In this document: one piece after another, positions 17,698-27,684 of the stretch
How the letters are laid out: each line of letters opens with the position of its first letter
Numbering within the stretch: the stretch's first letter is position 1
NCBI GenBank assembly: GCA_039821145.1
Contig: JBCBOS010000023.1
Span: 64,609 to 128,608, forward strand
From: Bacteroidota bacterium
GTDB taxonomy: Bacteria; Bacteroidota; Bacteroidia; Chitinophagales; Saprospiraceae
Reading direction: 5' to 3'
Length of the DNA: 64,000 nt
Program-made: the position numbers and the translations under genes
Notes under the pieces: generated by a model
The model's input: only the letters and a program-made list of their open reading frames with translations
The model's database searches: none
What the model was told of the DNA's origin: nothing

Positions 17698-19143
17698 TCA
17701 ATTTTTCCAATCCTTGCGTTCCTGCTCAATGTGATGGAGAACCACCTTCACTCCGTACTTGTCCCGCAAATGGCGAGCAGTGGCATCGGCAGCGTACACA
17801 GAGCGATGTTGGCCTCCGGTACAGCCGAAGTTGATGCTCAGGTTGGTAAAACTTCGCTCGATGTAGTTTTCCACAGCTGCATCCACTATCCGAAAGACAT
17901 CATTGAGAAAGGCAGGCATGGGGCTGTGCTGTTTCAAAAAATTGATCACAGATTCATCGCGCCCCGTCAGCTTTTTGTAAGGCTCGTATCGACCGGGATT
18001 GTGAATGAAGCGGCAGTCGAACACAAAGCCCCCTCCATTGCCCGAATCATCTTGAGGAACCCCTGTGATTTTGTAGGAAAAGCTATTGACTGCCACGGTC
18101 AATAAAGAGGAGGACCCCTTGATCTTGTCAAAAGGTTCGAAGCGTTTGGAAGTGATCAGTCCTTCCAGGCCTTGTCGCAATTCGGGAAGGTCCAGCGGCA
18201 ACTTGTCGTTTTCCAACAACCACTTGATGTTGCGAAGGGCAAAGGGAATGCTCTGCAGGAAGTGTTCTCGCCTTTCGTACAGCCCCCGGAAGCCATAGGC
18301 CCCCAGCACTTGTATGCATCGGATGAGAACGTAGCCGTAATAGTATTCTGTAAACTGCGTCCGGTCCAAATCGATCAGCTCAGAGGCGACGTCCATGTAA
18401 TAGGTCAGAAGGTCCTGGCGGATGTCGGCCGGAATGTTGGCCTTGGCCTGGTACAGCAAGGAAGCCAAGTCGTATTGCAAGGCCCCTCTTCGCCCTCCCT
18501 GGTAATCGATGAAGTAGGGATTTCCCTCTTTGATCATGATGTTGCGGGTCTGGAAGTCGCGGAACATGAAGTGGGAGCAATCGGCTTGCAGCAAGTAATC
18601 GGCCAGTCGATGAAAGTCTTCTTCCAGGGCCCCTTCGTCGAAAGGTACCTTGGCCAGTTTCAGAAAGTAGTATTTGAAGTAATTGAAATCCCAGAGCATG
18701 GCCTGCTTGTCAAACGACTCTCTGGGGTAGCAATAGCGATAGTCCAATCCCTTCCCTCCATTGATCTGCAAGCGAGCCAATTGCTCGACCACTTTTTTGT
18801 AAATCTGGATCAAATAGTCGGGAAAGTAATCGCCCTTTTGCAATAGGTAGCTGTAGAGGGTGGTCGCCCCCAGGTCTTCCTGCAAGTAGACGTGATTGTC
18901 CAAATCATCGATGTAGATATCGGGAACTGGCAGGTCTTTGGATTTGAAGTGGCGCGAAAAACTGAGGAAGGCTTCATTCTCCCGTCGGTTCTCATTGTAG
19001 GTGCCGATGGCGACCCGCTGCTTTCCGCTGAGTCGAAAATATTGGCGGTAAGAGCCAGAGGGTGCCAGGGGCAAAATGAGCGTCGCCTTTTCGCCTGACC
19101 ATTCTTCAAAAATGGCTGCCAGAGCGATTTCAATCGCATTCAT
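17698..19143 (-). CDS. Fusion protein: N-terminal APH/choline-kinase-like phosphotransferase domain plus C-terminal RapZ (YvcJ) C-terminal domain
   Basis: N-terminal kinase catalytic-loop region '[29 protein letters not shown]' (Brenner-like HxDxxxxN degenerated, DxxG); C-terminal '[28 protein letters not shown]', the hallmark of the RapZ C-terminal domain; overlaps obg by ATGA. Confidence 0.7.
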   Translation of the reverse strand: MNAIEIALAAIFEEWSGEKATLILPLAPSGSYRQYFRLSGKQRVAIGTYNENRRENEAFLSFSRHFKSKDLPVPDIYIDDLDNHVYLQEDLGATTLYSYLLQKGDYFPDYLIQIYKKVVEQLARLQINGGKGLDYRYCYPRESFDKQAMLWDFNYFKYYFLKLAKVPFDEGALEEDFHRLADYLLQADCSHFMFRDFQTRNIMIKEGNPYFIDYQGGRRGALQYDLASLLYQAKANIPADIRQDLLTYYMDVASELIDLDRTQFTEYYYGYVLIRCIQVLGAYGFRGLYERREHFLQSIPFALRNIKWLLENDKLPLDLPELRQGLEGLITSKRFEPFDKIKGSSSLLTVAVNSFSYKITGVPQDDSGNGGGFVFDCRFIHNPGRYEPYKKLTGRDESVINFLKQHSPMPAFLNDVFRIVDAAVENYIERSFTNLSINFGCTGGQHRSVYAADATARHLRDKYGVKVVLHHIEQERKDWKN

Positions 19144-20138
19144 ATGGATTCGTTGATTTTCAACCAGAGCTGGTCTTTGAGTCGATCGAGCCCTTGTTGG
19201 GCCACCGAGGAGATGAAGACATGATTGATCCCTTTGGGCAATTCAGGTGCCAACATTTCCTTCATTTCTTCATCTGCCATATCGGACTTGGAGATGGCCA
19301 GCAGTCGCGGCTTGTCCAGCAATTCCGGATTGTACATCTCCAACTCGTTGAGCAAAATGTCGTATTCCTTTTGGATGGAATCGCTGTCGCAGGGGATCAT
19401 AAACAGCAAGACAGCATTGCGTTCGATGTGGCGCAAAAACCGATGTCCGAGTCCCTTGCCTTCATGTGCCTTTTCGATGATTCCGGGGATGTCGGCCATC
19501 ACAAAGGAGCGATTGTCGCGGTAGGAAACGATCCCGAGATTTGGTTTCAAAGTGGTGAAGGCATAATTGGCAATCTTGGGCTTGGCAGCCGTGATCACCG
19601 ACAGCAGCGTCGATTTGCCCGCATTGGGAAAGCCCACCAGGCCCACATCTGCCAGCACCTTGAGTTCCAGGATTTTCCACTCTTCCTTTCCTTCCCTGCC
19701 AGGCTGTGCGTAGCGAGGCGTCTGATTGGTTGGCGATTTGAAGTGAGAATTGCCAAGGCCTCCTTTGCCTCCTGCCACCAATACCACCTCTTCTCCGTCT
19801 TCGGTAATTTCAAAATGCAACTCGCCACTTTCCGCATCTTTGGCAACCGTCCCCAGCGGAACATCCAAGATGACATCCTTGCCAAAGGGACCTGATTTGT
19901 GACTTTCGCCACCGTGGCCGCCATGACCAGCAAAGATGTGCTTGCGGTACTTGAGATGCAGCAGCGTCCACCGCTGTTTGTTGCCTCTCAGGATGATGTG
20001 CCCCCCTCTGCCTCCATCTCCTCCATCGGGGCCACCACGAGGGTTGGTCCGGGTGCGCAAGAAATGCGCTGAGCCATTGCCTCCGTTTCCAGAACGACAA
20101 CAGATTTTGACATAATCAACAAAATTTTCCTGTGCCAT
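19140..20138 (-). CDS. obg: GTPase Obg/CgtA
   Basis: Gly-rich Obg fold '[17 protein letters not shown]...AGHGGHGG'; G-domain '[11 protein letters not shown]' and 'DIPGII'; 332 aa. Confidence 0.9.
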   Translation of the reverse strand: MAQENFVDYVKICCRSGNGGNGSAHFLRTRTNPRGGPDGGDGGRGGHIILRGNKQRWTLLHLKYRKHIFAGHGGHGGESHKSGPFGKDVILDVPLGTVAKDAESGELHFEITEDGEEVVLVAGGKGGLGNSHFKSPTNQTPRYAQPGREGKEEWKILELKVLADVGLVGFPNAGKSTLLSVITAAKPKIANYAFTTLKPNLGIVSYRDNRSFVMADIPGIIEKAHEGKGLGHRFLRHIERNAVLLFMIPCDSDSIQKEYDILLNELEMYNPELLDKPRLLAISKSDMADEEMKEMLAPELPKGINHVFISSVAQQGLDRLKDQLWLKINESI

Positions 20139-20318
20139 GCCGCAAAAGTAGAAAAAAGGAAGGAATATTGCTGCCCTTCAAAAACGGTGGTTTTTAATAA
20201 GTACCCGTCGAACGGAATGTAAGCCAGCTTGCAAAACCACCAGTTGACCATCTCGGATGTGCAACGACTACCGTATATTAAAAAAGACATTTATTCATCA
20301 CAGAAAACAAAAAAAAGC

Positions 20319-22487
20319 ATGAAACGAACGTTTACACTCCTCGTTTTACTCTCCCTCTTTTACTTCTCAACAATACATGCACAAAACGCTCTCAGGGTCA
20401 TCGACCCAGCCACCTTTGACCGAACGGGTGTCCCTGGTGTGATTGAGGAAGCAAGCATCAGCCTACAGCCTCAGGGCTTGTACACAGAAATTGGCGTCTA
20501 TCTGACCATCTCCGCTCAGCCACAAAACGGCTTATCGGGAGAACAACTCGAAATCGTTCTGGACTTCAATCTACCGTCTGGCTCCATCGTACACGACTCC
20601 TGGTTGTGGATGCTGGATGATGAGACCATCGTACAGGCAGACGTTTTCGATTTGTGGAAAGCCATCAGCACTTACGAAGAGATTGTCGACCGACAGCGCG
20701 ATCCCTCCATTCTTTACCAAAAAGAAACCGGAGGCCATCAATTGCGCATCTACCCCTTGTTTCAGGGCGAATATCGAAGAATCAAATTCACCTATTTGGT
20801 CCCCACCGTTTGGTCTGCCGAAACCGTCGAATCCTGGTTGCCGACCAGTCTTCTACAGACCTCCGACACCCCGCTTGAATCTGTCCAACTCATCACCTTT
20901 CCAAGCCCCACTTGGCTGGAGCCCAAGATTGCAGAGCTGACCGATCACGAATTTGTCCCCGCCATTGACCAACAGCTTGGCCAGGTATTGGTCATGGACC
21001 TGGATGGCAGTACACTTTCACAGCCCTTGCACTTTTCCGTCAAGGCTCCCTTCAACGACCAGCAAGTCTATGCCAGCAAGCTGAGCCACGGGGGAGACAA
21101 CTTCTACCAGATTGCCTACTTGCCACCAGATATTCCAGTGACGCGGGAGAGCAAAAACTGTCTCTTTCTCTTCGATCATGTGGACGAAAATGCAGATGTT
21201 GACACACGCTTTTTGTTTGACTATGTGGGCAAGCAGTTGCAGGAAACACTGCAGCCCGATGACAAATTCAACATCTTTTATGCTGGCAATACCGTTCCGC
21301 AGCGATACGCCACCGAATGGACAGAGGCTGGTTCCGATGCTGTCCTGCAAGCCTTTTCGCAGCTCGGCCATCCCATCCAAAGCAAGAGAAATGCCTTGCT
21401 GGACTTGATGAGAGAAGCCATCGTATTTGCCAAAAGCAAGGGGGAGGCCTGTGAGATTTTTCTCCTGACCAACTCCAACGATCTCTTGTATTGGGAGGCC
21501 ACTCAGAATGCAGAAAACATCTTGGACTTGATCGACGAAGCAGACATCCGCCTCCACTTCATCCCGTATCAAAGTCAAAACTATCGGGTCACTTGGAGCT
21601 GGAACATTGGAGATGTGACAAGCTACCAAAACGAGGTTTTCTTTCAGCTCCTTGTCGATGCCACTGGCGGCAGCATGAACGAAGGTCCGTTGTACGGCAG
21701 CACCAGCGTCTGGCAGAGCGTCGACAACACGCTTTCCAAGGTACTCCTGCCCGGTATGACTCATGAGTTGCAACCTCAGCTCCAAACGGGTTTTACCTAT
21801 GAGCGCTTTCACCAGCACTATGGAGGTCAGTCGCAACTTCCCAATCGAGCCATTCTCCAAATTGGCAAGTACCAAGGAAATTTCCCAATGGAATTGTCTT
21901 TCAATGCCTTTGCCGATGGAAATTTCTATTCTGAAAAAGTACAGATAGATGCGGGCGAGGTCGAGGAAGGCGATACCCTGAGCCGCAAGATTTGGATGGG
22001 TCATCACCTGGCCTTATTGGATGCCACCGCGCAAGGAAACAATGACATCCGCGAAATCATCGACATCAGCAAAGCTGAAAGAGTGCTGACACCCTATACT
22101 GCTTTTCTGGCGCTGGAATTGGAACAGGGGGGCGAAGAGTGCGGTGCTTGTTGGTTCTTCAATCAAGAAATCATCCTGAACATAGATGATCCAGAAGAGA
22201 CAAGCCCAGATCTGCAGTTGTCGGCCTCTCCCAATCCCTTCCGGGAACAAACGCAGATTGCCATTGACTGGGCCGGACAAGATGGTCCCATCAGCCTACA
22301 GTTGTTCGATGCATTTGGCAAGTTGATCATCGATGTAGAGCCTTCCGACTGGAGCAGCGACGGTCGCCTGCGCTGGCATTGGGATGGCACGGATGCCAGT
22401 GGACAAGCACTGCCAGCTGGTGTCTACTATTTGCTTGTAAAAACACAGAACGAAAACAGAAATATAAAGCTGGTATTAGTGAGATAG
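20319..22487 (+). CDS. Secreted protein with a T9SS (Por secretion) C-terminal sorting domain; possible vWA-like central region
   Basis: Signal peptide 'MKRTFTLLVLLSLFYFSTIHAQ'; C-terminal 'LSASPNPFREQTQIAIDWAGQDGPISLQLFDAFGKLI...GVYYLLVKTQNENRNIKLVLV' is a type A T9SS CTD; 722 aa from the internal ATG. Confidence 0.7.
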   Translation: MKRTFTLLVLLSLFYFSTIHAQNALRVIDPATFDRTGVPGVIEEASISLQPQGLYTEIGVYLTISAQPQNGLSGEQLEIVLDFNLPSGSIVHDSWLWMLDDETIVQADVFDLWKAISTYEEIVDRQRDPSILYQKETGGHQLRIYPLFQGEYRRIKFTYLVPTVWSAETVESWLPTSLLQTSDTPLESVQLITFPSPTWLEPKIAELTDHEFVPAIDQQLGQVLVMDLDGSTLSQPLHFSVKAPFNDQQVYASKLSHGGDNFYQIAYLPPDIPVTRESKNCLFLFDHVDENADVDTRFLFDYVGKQLQETLQPDDKFNIFYAGNTVPQRYATEWTEAGSDAVLQAFSQLGHPIQSKRNALLDLMREAIVFAKSKGEACEIFLLTNSNDLLYWEATQNAENILDLIDEADIRLHFIPYQSQNYRVTWSWNIGDVTSYQNEVFFQLLVDATGGSMNEGPLYGSTSVWQSVDNTLSKVLLPGMTHELQPQLQTGFTYERFHQHYGGQSQLPNRAILQIGKYQGNFPMELSFNAFADGNFYSEKVQIDAGEVEEGDTLSRKIWMGHHLALLDATAQGNNDIREIIDISKAERVLTPYTAFLALELEQGGEECGACWFFNQEIILNIDDPEETSPDLQLSASPNPFREQTQIAIDWAGQDGPISLQLFDAFGKLIIDVEPSDWSSDGRLRWHWDGTDASGQALPAGVYYLLVKTQNENRNIKLVLVR

Positions 22488-22554
22488 AAAAGATTCCATG
22501 TACATATCAAGCCTCCGGTCTGCGATCGGGGGCTTTCTCTTTTGTGTGCTTCCG

Positions 22555-23892
22555 TCAAACTGGTTGAAGGGACAATTGGCTAGAGGGAAGTTTCTGAAAT
22601 TGCTCCGGTGGTTCATATGGCAGGGTAAAGAAAAACGAGGCTCCTTCTCCTTCGGACGACTCCACCCAGATCTGCCCCTGATAGCAAGAGACAATTTTCT
22701 TGCAGGTCGCCAATCCAATTCCCGATCCTTCATATTGATTGATCGCATGCAGACGAGTGAAAGGCTCAAATATTTTTTGGTGGTAGTCTGTCTCCATTCC
22801 AATGCCATTGTCGGCCACACAAATGCACCAAAAATCTCCTTGCCGTTTTGCACTGATCTGAATCTGTGGTGCCACCGAATCCTTCCGGTACAGCAGACCA
22901 TTGGAAATCAAATGATAAAACAACAGGCGAAGCAGGTCTGAATGGCCCCGAACCAATGGTAAGTCGTCAACATCAACCTGCCCCCCAGATTGGTCGATAT
23001 TGTGTCGCAACTGATCACAGACCAACAAGACCGTATTTTGCAAATCCACCACTTCCTGTTCTTTCAACCGCTTGCCAACCCTGGCATAGGAAATGAGATT
23101 GTCCAAAAGTCGACTCATGCGTTGGGCAGCATCTTGAATGAAGTGGAGAAATTCCTGGCTCGATGGATCGGCAGGCATGCGCCTTTCCAACAACCGACCA
23201 AAGCTGCTGATCATGCGCAGGGGCTCCTTCATGTCGTGCGACGCCACACTGGCAAAATGATCCAATTCTTTGTTGACCCGCAACAGTTGTTCTTGAGCTG
23301 CCTTGTAGCGTTCTCCCGCCTCCATCAATCGCTGCTCTTTTTGTTCTGATGCTTCTCTGTAATGGGCAAAAAGGAGATAGGTGACCCAGCCCATCCCGAT
23401 GGCATTGAAAATCTGCGACAGGGCCGGATAGGGGTACTCCAAGTAGGGTTCGGTGTATTGAAAGATCAGCAAACAGCCCACCAAGCCCACCAGGCAGTAC
23501 AAGCTCAGCCACCGACGAAGATCGGTACGCTTGTAAAAAATGTGTCCTATGGCCAACAACAAGAGCATCCCAAATTCAATGTTGGACGGTTCTCCCGTGG
23601 TCCGGGCGATGAGCAATAAGAGAAGGTAAAAGAGAAAGATGAGCAATTGGCGCCCCAATCGGTGGGCACCGTAGTAATTGGCAAGGATGGGCGAGACGGC
23701 AATGACAACGAAAAAGGCCGACCAGTAAATTCCCTCCCAATTCTTGGCAGGCAAAAACATCATTCCACTCACCACGATGGCAGCAGCAAAAGAAAAAGCG
23801 ACTTGGTTACAAATCTTGATCTTGTTGCCAGCCGCTGGAAGTTCTTGACCGCTCATTCCAATATGAGAAATGCGGTCGAAAAGGCTTTTCAT
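22555..23892 (-). CDS. Sensor histidine kinase (multi-TM N-terminus, HisKA plus HATPase_c), orphan
   Basis: H-box 'ASVASHDMKEPLRMISSFGRLLE'; G-boxes 'DNGIGME' and 'GSGIGLATCKKIV'; five to six N-terminal TM helices. The track ORF runs to a GTG at 24132, but that would overlap the divergent gene at 24011; the likely start is the internal Met 'MKSLFDRISH' near 23890 (±a few nt). Confidence 0.75.
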   Translation of the reverse strand: MKSLFDRISHIGMSGQELPAAGNKIKICNQVAFSFAAAIVVSGMMFLPAKNWEGIYWSAFFVVIAVSPILANYYGAHRLGRQLLIFLFYLLLLLIARTTGEPSNIEFGMLLLLAIGHIFYKRTDLRRWLSLYCLVGLVGCLLIFQYTEPYLEYPYPALSQIFNAIGMGWVTYLLFAHYREASEQKEQRLMEAGERYKAAQEQLLRVNKELDHFASVASHDMKEPLRMISSFGRLLERRMPADPSSQEFLHFIQDAAQRMSRLLDNLISYARVGKRLKEQEVVDLQNTVLLVCDQLRHNIDQSGGQVDVDDLPLVRGHSDLLRLLFYHLISNGLLYRKDSVAPQIQISAKRQGDFWCICVADNGIGMETDYHQKIFEPFTRLHAINQYEGSGIGLATCKKIVSCYQGQIWVESSEGEGASFFFTLPYEPPEQFQKLPSSQLSLQPV

Positions 23893-24010
23893 ACCAATTG
23901 TGTCTGTATGCATAAACTTGAATGCACTGCTGTTTTGTACGCTCTGAGAGGGCGAATGTTTCTCCTGCCTATTCGAAATGTGTGTTATCTTGGCGGCCAA
24001 ATCCATTGAT

Positions 24011-24925
24011 ATGTCGCCTTTTGTCAAGTTTTGTCTCCTGAGTGGATGCTGCCTCCTACTTGCCAGCAGCAGTGCCCAAACAGTCAAGAAATTCAAGCTT
24101 CCAACAGCTCTCCAGGAAGTCTCTGGGCTCACCTATGCTGGGCCAGACAGCCTTTGGTGGATCAGCGACAGCGGCTCGCCCGCCGTCCTTTTTCGCACCA
24201 ACAACCGGGGAAAGATGCAAGAGCAGATCGACCTGTCCACCGCTCGCAATGTCGATTGGGAAGACCTCAGCGCCACTCCTGACCGATCGACCTTTTACAT
24301 CGGCGACTTCGGCAACAACCGCAACAAGAGACGCAACCTAAAAATATACATCTATCAACCCAACGCTCGCCAACTCGACTCCATAGAATTCGACTATCCA
24401 GACCAAACAGCATTCCCACCGCTCCCCGCTGCCGCCAATTTTGACATGGAGGCATTTTTCTACCACCGGGACTCCCTCCACCTGTTTTCCAAAAATCGAG
24501 TTGGCAAAGGCAATGACTACACAAAGCACTATGTGCTGCCTGCCCGCCCAGGCCGCTACACAGCCCAATTGCGGGACAGCATTTACCTCAAAAACAGGGT
24601 CGTCACTGCCGCGGCCATCAGCCCCGATGGCAAGACGGTGGCTTTGCTCAGCTACACCTACAAAAAAGTATTCGGCTTCCTCCCCTACTCCAACGCCTCC
24701 GTCTTCTTGATGCGGGATTTCTCAGGCCAACACTTCCTGCAAGGCAATGTGTACCGCCGCCGCATCCCCCACTTCCTGCTCTCTACGCAGTTGGAATCCT
24801 TGGACTTCATCGACAACACACAATGTTACATCGCCTCCGAGCAGACCAGTTTTGTCAAGCCTTACGGCAAAAGACTGCGGATCAAAAAACGCCATTTCAA
24901 GCCTTCCAAAAGAATCCATCCTTGA
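24011..24925 (+). CDS. Hypothetical secreted protein (possibly an SdiA-regulated / phytase-like beta-propeller family member)
   Basis: Signal peptide 'MSPFVKFCLLSGCCLLLASSSAQT'; 'LQEVSGLTY...WISDSGSPAVLF...VDWEDLS' recalls the YjiK/SdiA-regulated domain; this is a weak call. Confidence 0.45.
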   Translation: MSPFVKFCLLSGCCLLLASSSAQTVKKFKLPTALQEVSGLTYAGPDSLWWISDSGSPAVLFRTNNRGKMQEQIDLSTARNVDWEDLSATPDRSTFYIGDFGNNRNKRRNLKIYIYQPNARQLDSIEFDYPDQTAFPPLPAAANFDMEAFFYHRDSLHLFSKNRVGKGNDYTKHYVLPARPGRYTAQLRDSIYLKNRVVTAAAISPDGKTVALLSYTYKKVFGFLPYSNASVFLMRDFSGQHFLQGNVYRRRIPHFLLSTQLESLDFIDNTQCYIASEQTSFVKPYGKRLRIKKRHFKPSKRIHP

Positions 24926-25037
24926 CAGTCGGTTTTGATGGCAAGCCAGCAGGTGATTTCTTCCAGCGAGTAGTGGATGTTCTAAAGTGGATGCCTCATG
25001 ATTGGTCAGTGCATTTGTGTGTTGCGCCCGGCCCCGC

Positions 25038-25631
25038 TCATTCGATGTGCAGCTGGTGTTTGCTGAGCAGCCTGGCAAGGTCAGCCTGCAAAAAGCGGGC
25101 GTTGCGCACTTGGTTGATCTCCGGGTCGATGAGGAAGTTGCGAGCCGTTCGAAAGTCGGCTTTTTCAAGTTTGGTTCGCTCAAAAATGGCCCGATCCAGA
25201 TCACATCCATCAAAAGAAGCCCCCGTCAGGTCTGCCTCTGTAAAATCAACTTCGCGCAGTTGGCAATTGACAAAGCGCATGCCCTTGACAGAGCGTTGAT
25301 GAAAAGAACTCAAATCGAGTTGGCTGTCTTCAAATTCAGCGGCAAAGGCATAGGGATTGAGGTGTTCGAACTGCAGCCCCAACAGCTTGCAATTGACAAA
25401 GCTGACATCGCGCAGCCCCAGCTCGTGCAAGTGGGCATTGCTCCAATCGCAATTGGTGAAGGTGCATTCCACAAATTGGATGGCGGACAGATCGCTTTGC
25501 GAGAAGTTGCAATCCTCAAATTGGCAATACTCATAATCGCCACGGGCCAGCCGCTGACTGCTGTAGTCCTTTCCGACAAAGTTTTGCTCCTCGACAAAAA
25601 TCCGCTTCATGTGGGCTTCTTTGGGGTTCAA
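25038..25631 (-). CDS. Pentapeptide-repeat protein (Qnr/MfpA-like right-handed quadrilateral beta-helix)
   Basis: Continuous A(D/N)LxxA-type pentads: 'QSDLSAIQFVECTFTNCDWSNAHLHELGLRDVSFVNCKLLGLQFEH...FVNCQLREVDFTEADLTGASFDGCDLDRAIFERTKLEKADF'; 197 aa; 4-nt overlap with the upstream gene. Confidence 0.75.
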   Translation of the reverse strand: MNPKEAHMKRIFVEEQNFVGKDYSSQRLARGDYEYCQFEDCNFSQSDLSAIQFVECTFTNCDWSNAHLHELGLRDVSFVNCKLLGLQFEHLNPYAFAAEFEDSQLDLSSFHQRSVKGMRFVNCQLREVDFTEADLTGASFDGCDLDRAIFERTKLEKADFRTARNFLIDPEINQVRNARFLQADLARLLSKHQLHIE

Positions 25632-26644
25632 ATGTCTTCAATGGCAAATACCATCCGCTGGCGGGCCTGTTCTACCTTGCGCCGCAGATTGTTGAAATAC
25701 CAAGATCGGCTTTTTTCTGCATGGGTACTAATGGAAACAGACTTGCCAATGATTTTGCGAAACCAAGACTCGGTATAGTCACACATTTTGGGATCGGTAC
25801 AGCGCAAGAAGTCCGGTGTATTGTAGGTCGTGTAGATGACGCGCCGGATCGGAGTCATGGCCAAAAAAGTGTTGTTGGTAGAGACCATTTCGTTGTGGTA
25901 CAGGTCAAAATTGACTTTTTGCTGATCCCTGGGCTTTTCCCCGATGCGAAATTTCTGGCCGTGCTTGGCCATGCTGCGCATGTGATCCACCAGTTCGAGC
26001 AGATTGTCGCACAGCAAGAGAGCATCCTCTGGCTTCCGAAAGCCCCCGATTTTCAAATGGTATTCAATCTGATTGAGGGTGTTATCCACAATATTCAAAT
26101 GCCACAGCTCGGTGGTTGGGATGTCGTTGTACATCTGCAAGATGTCACCTGTCAGGCCCAGGTCCTCCTCCGTGACGATGCCAAAGTCAAATTTTCGCTC
26201 TGTCATGTCTCCAAAATTCCAGATGGTCCTGGCCCAAACGTAGAGTTTGAAGCTGATCAGGCCCGGAAAGTGCAGATAGTGAAAAACGGGAATCTCTGCT
26301 GTGGTATAATAAAACTCAGAGCCCGGCAGCACATGTACTTCTTGTATGTATCGATAAACTTCCTGTAAAAAGTCCCGAAATTTCTTGATCGGCTCGGAAA
26401 AGGACTGGTAGACAAAGGGGACCACATCCAACTTGTCGAAGATCAATTCGTCCAAGGAGATGTTGAAGGTTCGGCTGAGAAGGGCCAGTTCATCAGGACT
26501 GAGAGGGGTTTCGCCCCGAAAACGGCGGTAGATGGAGTCCTTGCCCACGCCCAGGAGCTTGGTCAGGCGATCGACGGCCTGAGAACGCTTGTCAAATCGG
26601 CTCAGCACCGCCAGGAACAGTCGGTCTTGTAGAGAGTCACTCAT
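25628..26644 (-). CDS. Putative HTH-domain regulatory protein, tandem paralog A
   Basis: N-terminal HTH-like segment 'LTKLLGVGKDSIYRRFRGETPLSPDELALLSRTFNISLDELIF'; roughly 40-45% identical to the adjacent 26671..27732 protein along the full length ('NIVDNTLNQIEYHL...RKPEDALLLCDNL...FDLYHNEMV'). Confidence 0.55.
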   Translation of the reverse strand: MSDSLQDRLFLAVLSRFDKRSQAVDRLTKLLGVGKDSIYRRFRGETPLSPDELALLSRTFNISLDELIFDKLDVVPFVYQSFSEPIKKFRDFLQEVYRYIQEVHVLPGSEFYYTTAEIPVFHYLHFPGLISFKLYVWARTIWNFGDMTERKFDFGIVTEEDLGLTGDILQMYNDIPTTELWHLNIVDNTLNQIEYHLKIGGFRKPEDALLLCDNLLELVDHMRSMAKHGQKFRIGEKPRDQQKVNFDLYHNEMVSTNNTFLAMTPIRRVIYTTYNTPDFLRCTDPKMCDYTESWFRKIIGKSVSISTHAEKSRSWYFNNLRRKVEQARQRMVFAIEDI

Positions 26645-26670
26645 GATTTCGATTTGGTACGACTTGTCTT

Positions 26671-27684
26671 CTAGCCTCCCATTTCCATCTCCATCCGATG
26701 GCGAGAGCGTTCAATCTTTTTGCGCAAGCGATTGAAAAACCACTCCCGGCTGCGCTCCGACTGCATGCTGATGGAATTGGACTTGACGATCACCTTTTGA
26801 AACCAATCCTCCATGAACTCACAGATTTGTGGGTCGCTGCTCTTGAGGAAGTTGGGATTGCTCAGGGTGGTGTAGAGGACGTTGCCTGTTGTGGTCGTGG
26901 CCAAGATGGTGTTGTTGGTATGGACCATCTCGTTGTGATACAGGTCGAAGGAAGAACCGCTGGTTTCGCTCGGCGTGGCTCCCAAAGCCATTTTGCGTCC
27001 GTGGCGAGCCATCAACTGCATGTGATCAATGAGTTCGCTCAGCTTATCGCACAACAGCAAGGCATCCTCTGGCCGTTTGAAACTGCCACTGCTCAGGTGA
27101 TATTCAAATTGATTGAGGGTATTGTCGATGATGTTTTGGCTCCACAACTCTGTCGATGGCAGTCGGATGTAAATGCTGAGCATCTTTTCTGTGAGCTGCA
27201 TGAGCGGCAAAGGGATCAAGTCAAAGGAAAAGGACGCCTCCTGTATGAAGCCAAAGTCGAGAACGGTTCGTCCCCAAATGAACATCTTGAAGGCGATCAA
27301 CTCCGGGACAAACATGGACTGAAACAAGGGCAGCTCTGCCGAGGCATAGTAAAAGCGGTAGTCGGGCAGCTTACTGGCCCGTTCCATCTCCTCCAGGAAA
27401 TTCCAAAGGAACTCCTCAAAGTTTTTGCTGGTCTTGGAAAAGCGGTTGAAGGTAAAGAAGACCGTATCTGTGTTTTCAAATACCAATGCATCGAGCGAGA
27501 TTTTGAATTGCCGCGACAAAAGCCCCAGCTCGTCGGGCGTCAGCAAGGTATCTCCTCTGAGGCGCCGATAAACGGCATCCTTGCCGATGGCCAAAATCTG
27601 AGACAACTCCTCTACGGCAGTAGCTTTTTTGGCATACTTACTCAAAATGGTTTCAAGTAATTGCTGCTGGAGTCTCGTATGCAT
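26671..27684 (-). CDS. Putative HTH-domain regulatory protein, tandem paralog B
   Basis: 'LSQILAIGKDAVYRRLRGDTLLTPDELGLLSRQFKISLDALVF' and 'QNIIDNTLNQFEYHL...KRPEDALLLCDKL...FDLYHNEMV'. The start could be ATG at 27684 (MHTRLQ) or at 27732. Confidence 0.55.
   Translation of the reverse strand: MHTRLQQQLLETILSKYAKKATAVEELSQILAIGKDAVYRRLRGDTLLTPDELGLLSRQFKISLDALVFENTDTVFFTFNRFSKTSKNFEEFLWNFLEEMERASKLPDYRFYYASAELPLFQSMFVPELIAFKMFIWGRTVLDFGFIQEASFSFDLIPLPLMQLTEKMLSIYIRLPSTELWSQNIIDNTLNQFEYHLSSGSFKRPEDALLLCDKLSELIDHMQLMARHGRKMALGATPSETSGSSFDLYHNEMVHTNNTILATTTTGNVLYTTLSNPNFLKSSDPQICEFMEDWFQKVIVKSNSISMQSERSREWFFNRLRKKIERSRHRMEMEMGG

Noticed and set aside
23892-24132. N-terminal 80 residues of the histidine-kinase track ORF, starting at a GTG at 24132
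   Set aside because: Extending the HK to 24132 would overlap the divergent secreted-protein gene (ATG 24011 with a good signal peptide) by more than 120 nt. An internal Met (MKSLFD...) just before the first TM helix is a more plausible start, so I trimmed the HK. My hand translation of this stretch disagreed by one base with the track, so the exact coordinate is uncertain.
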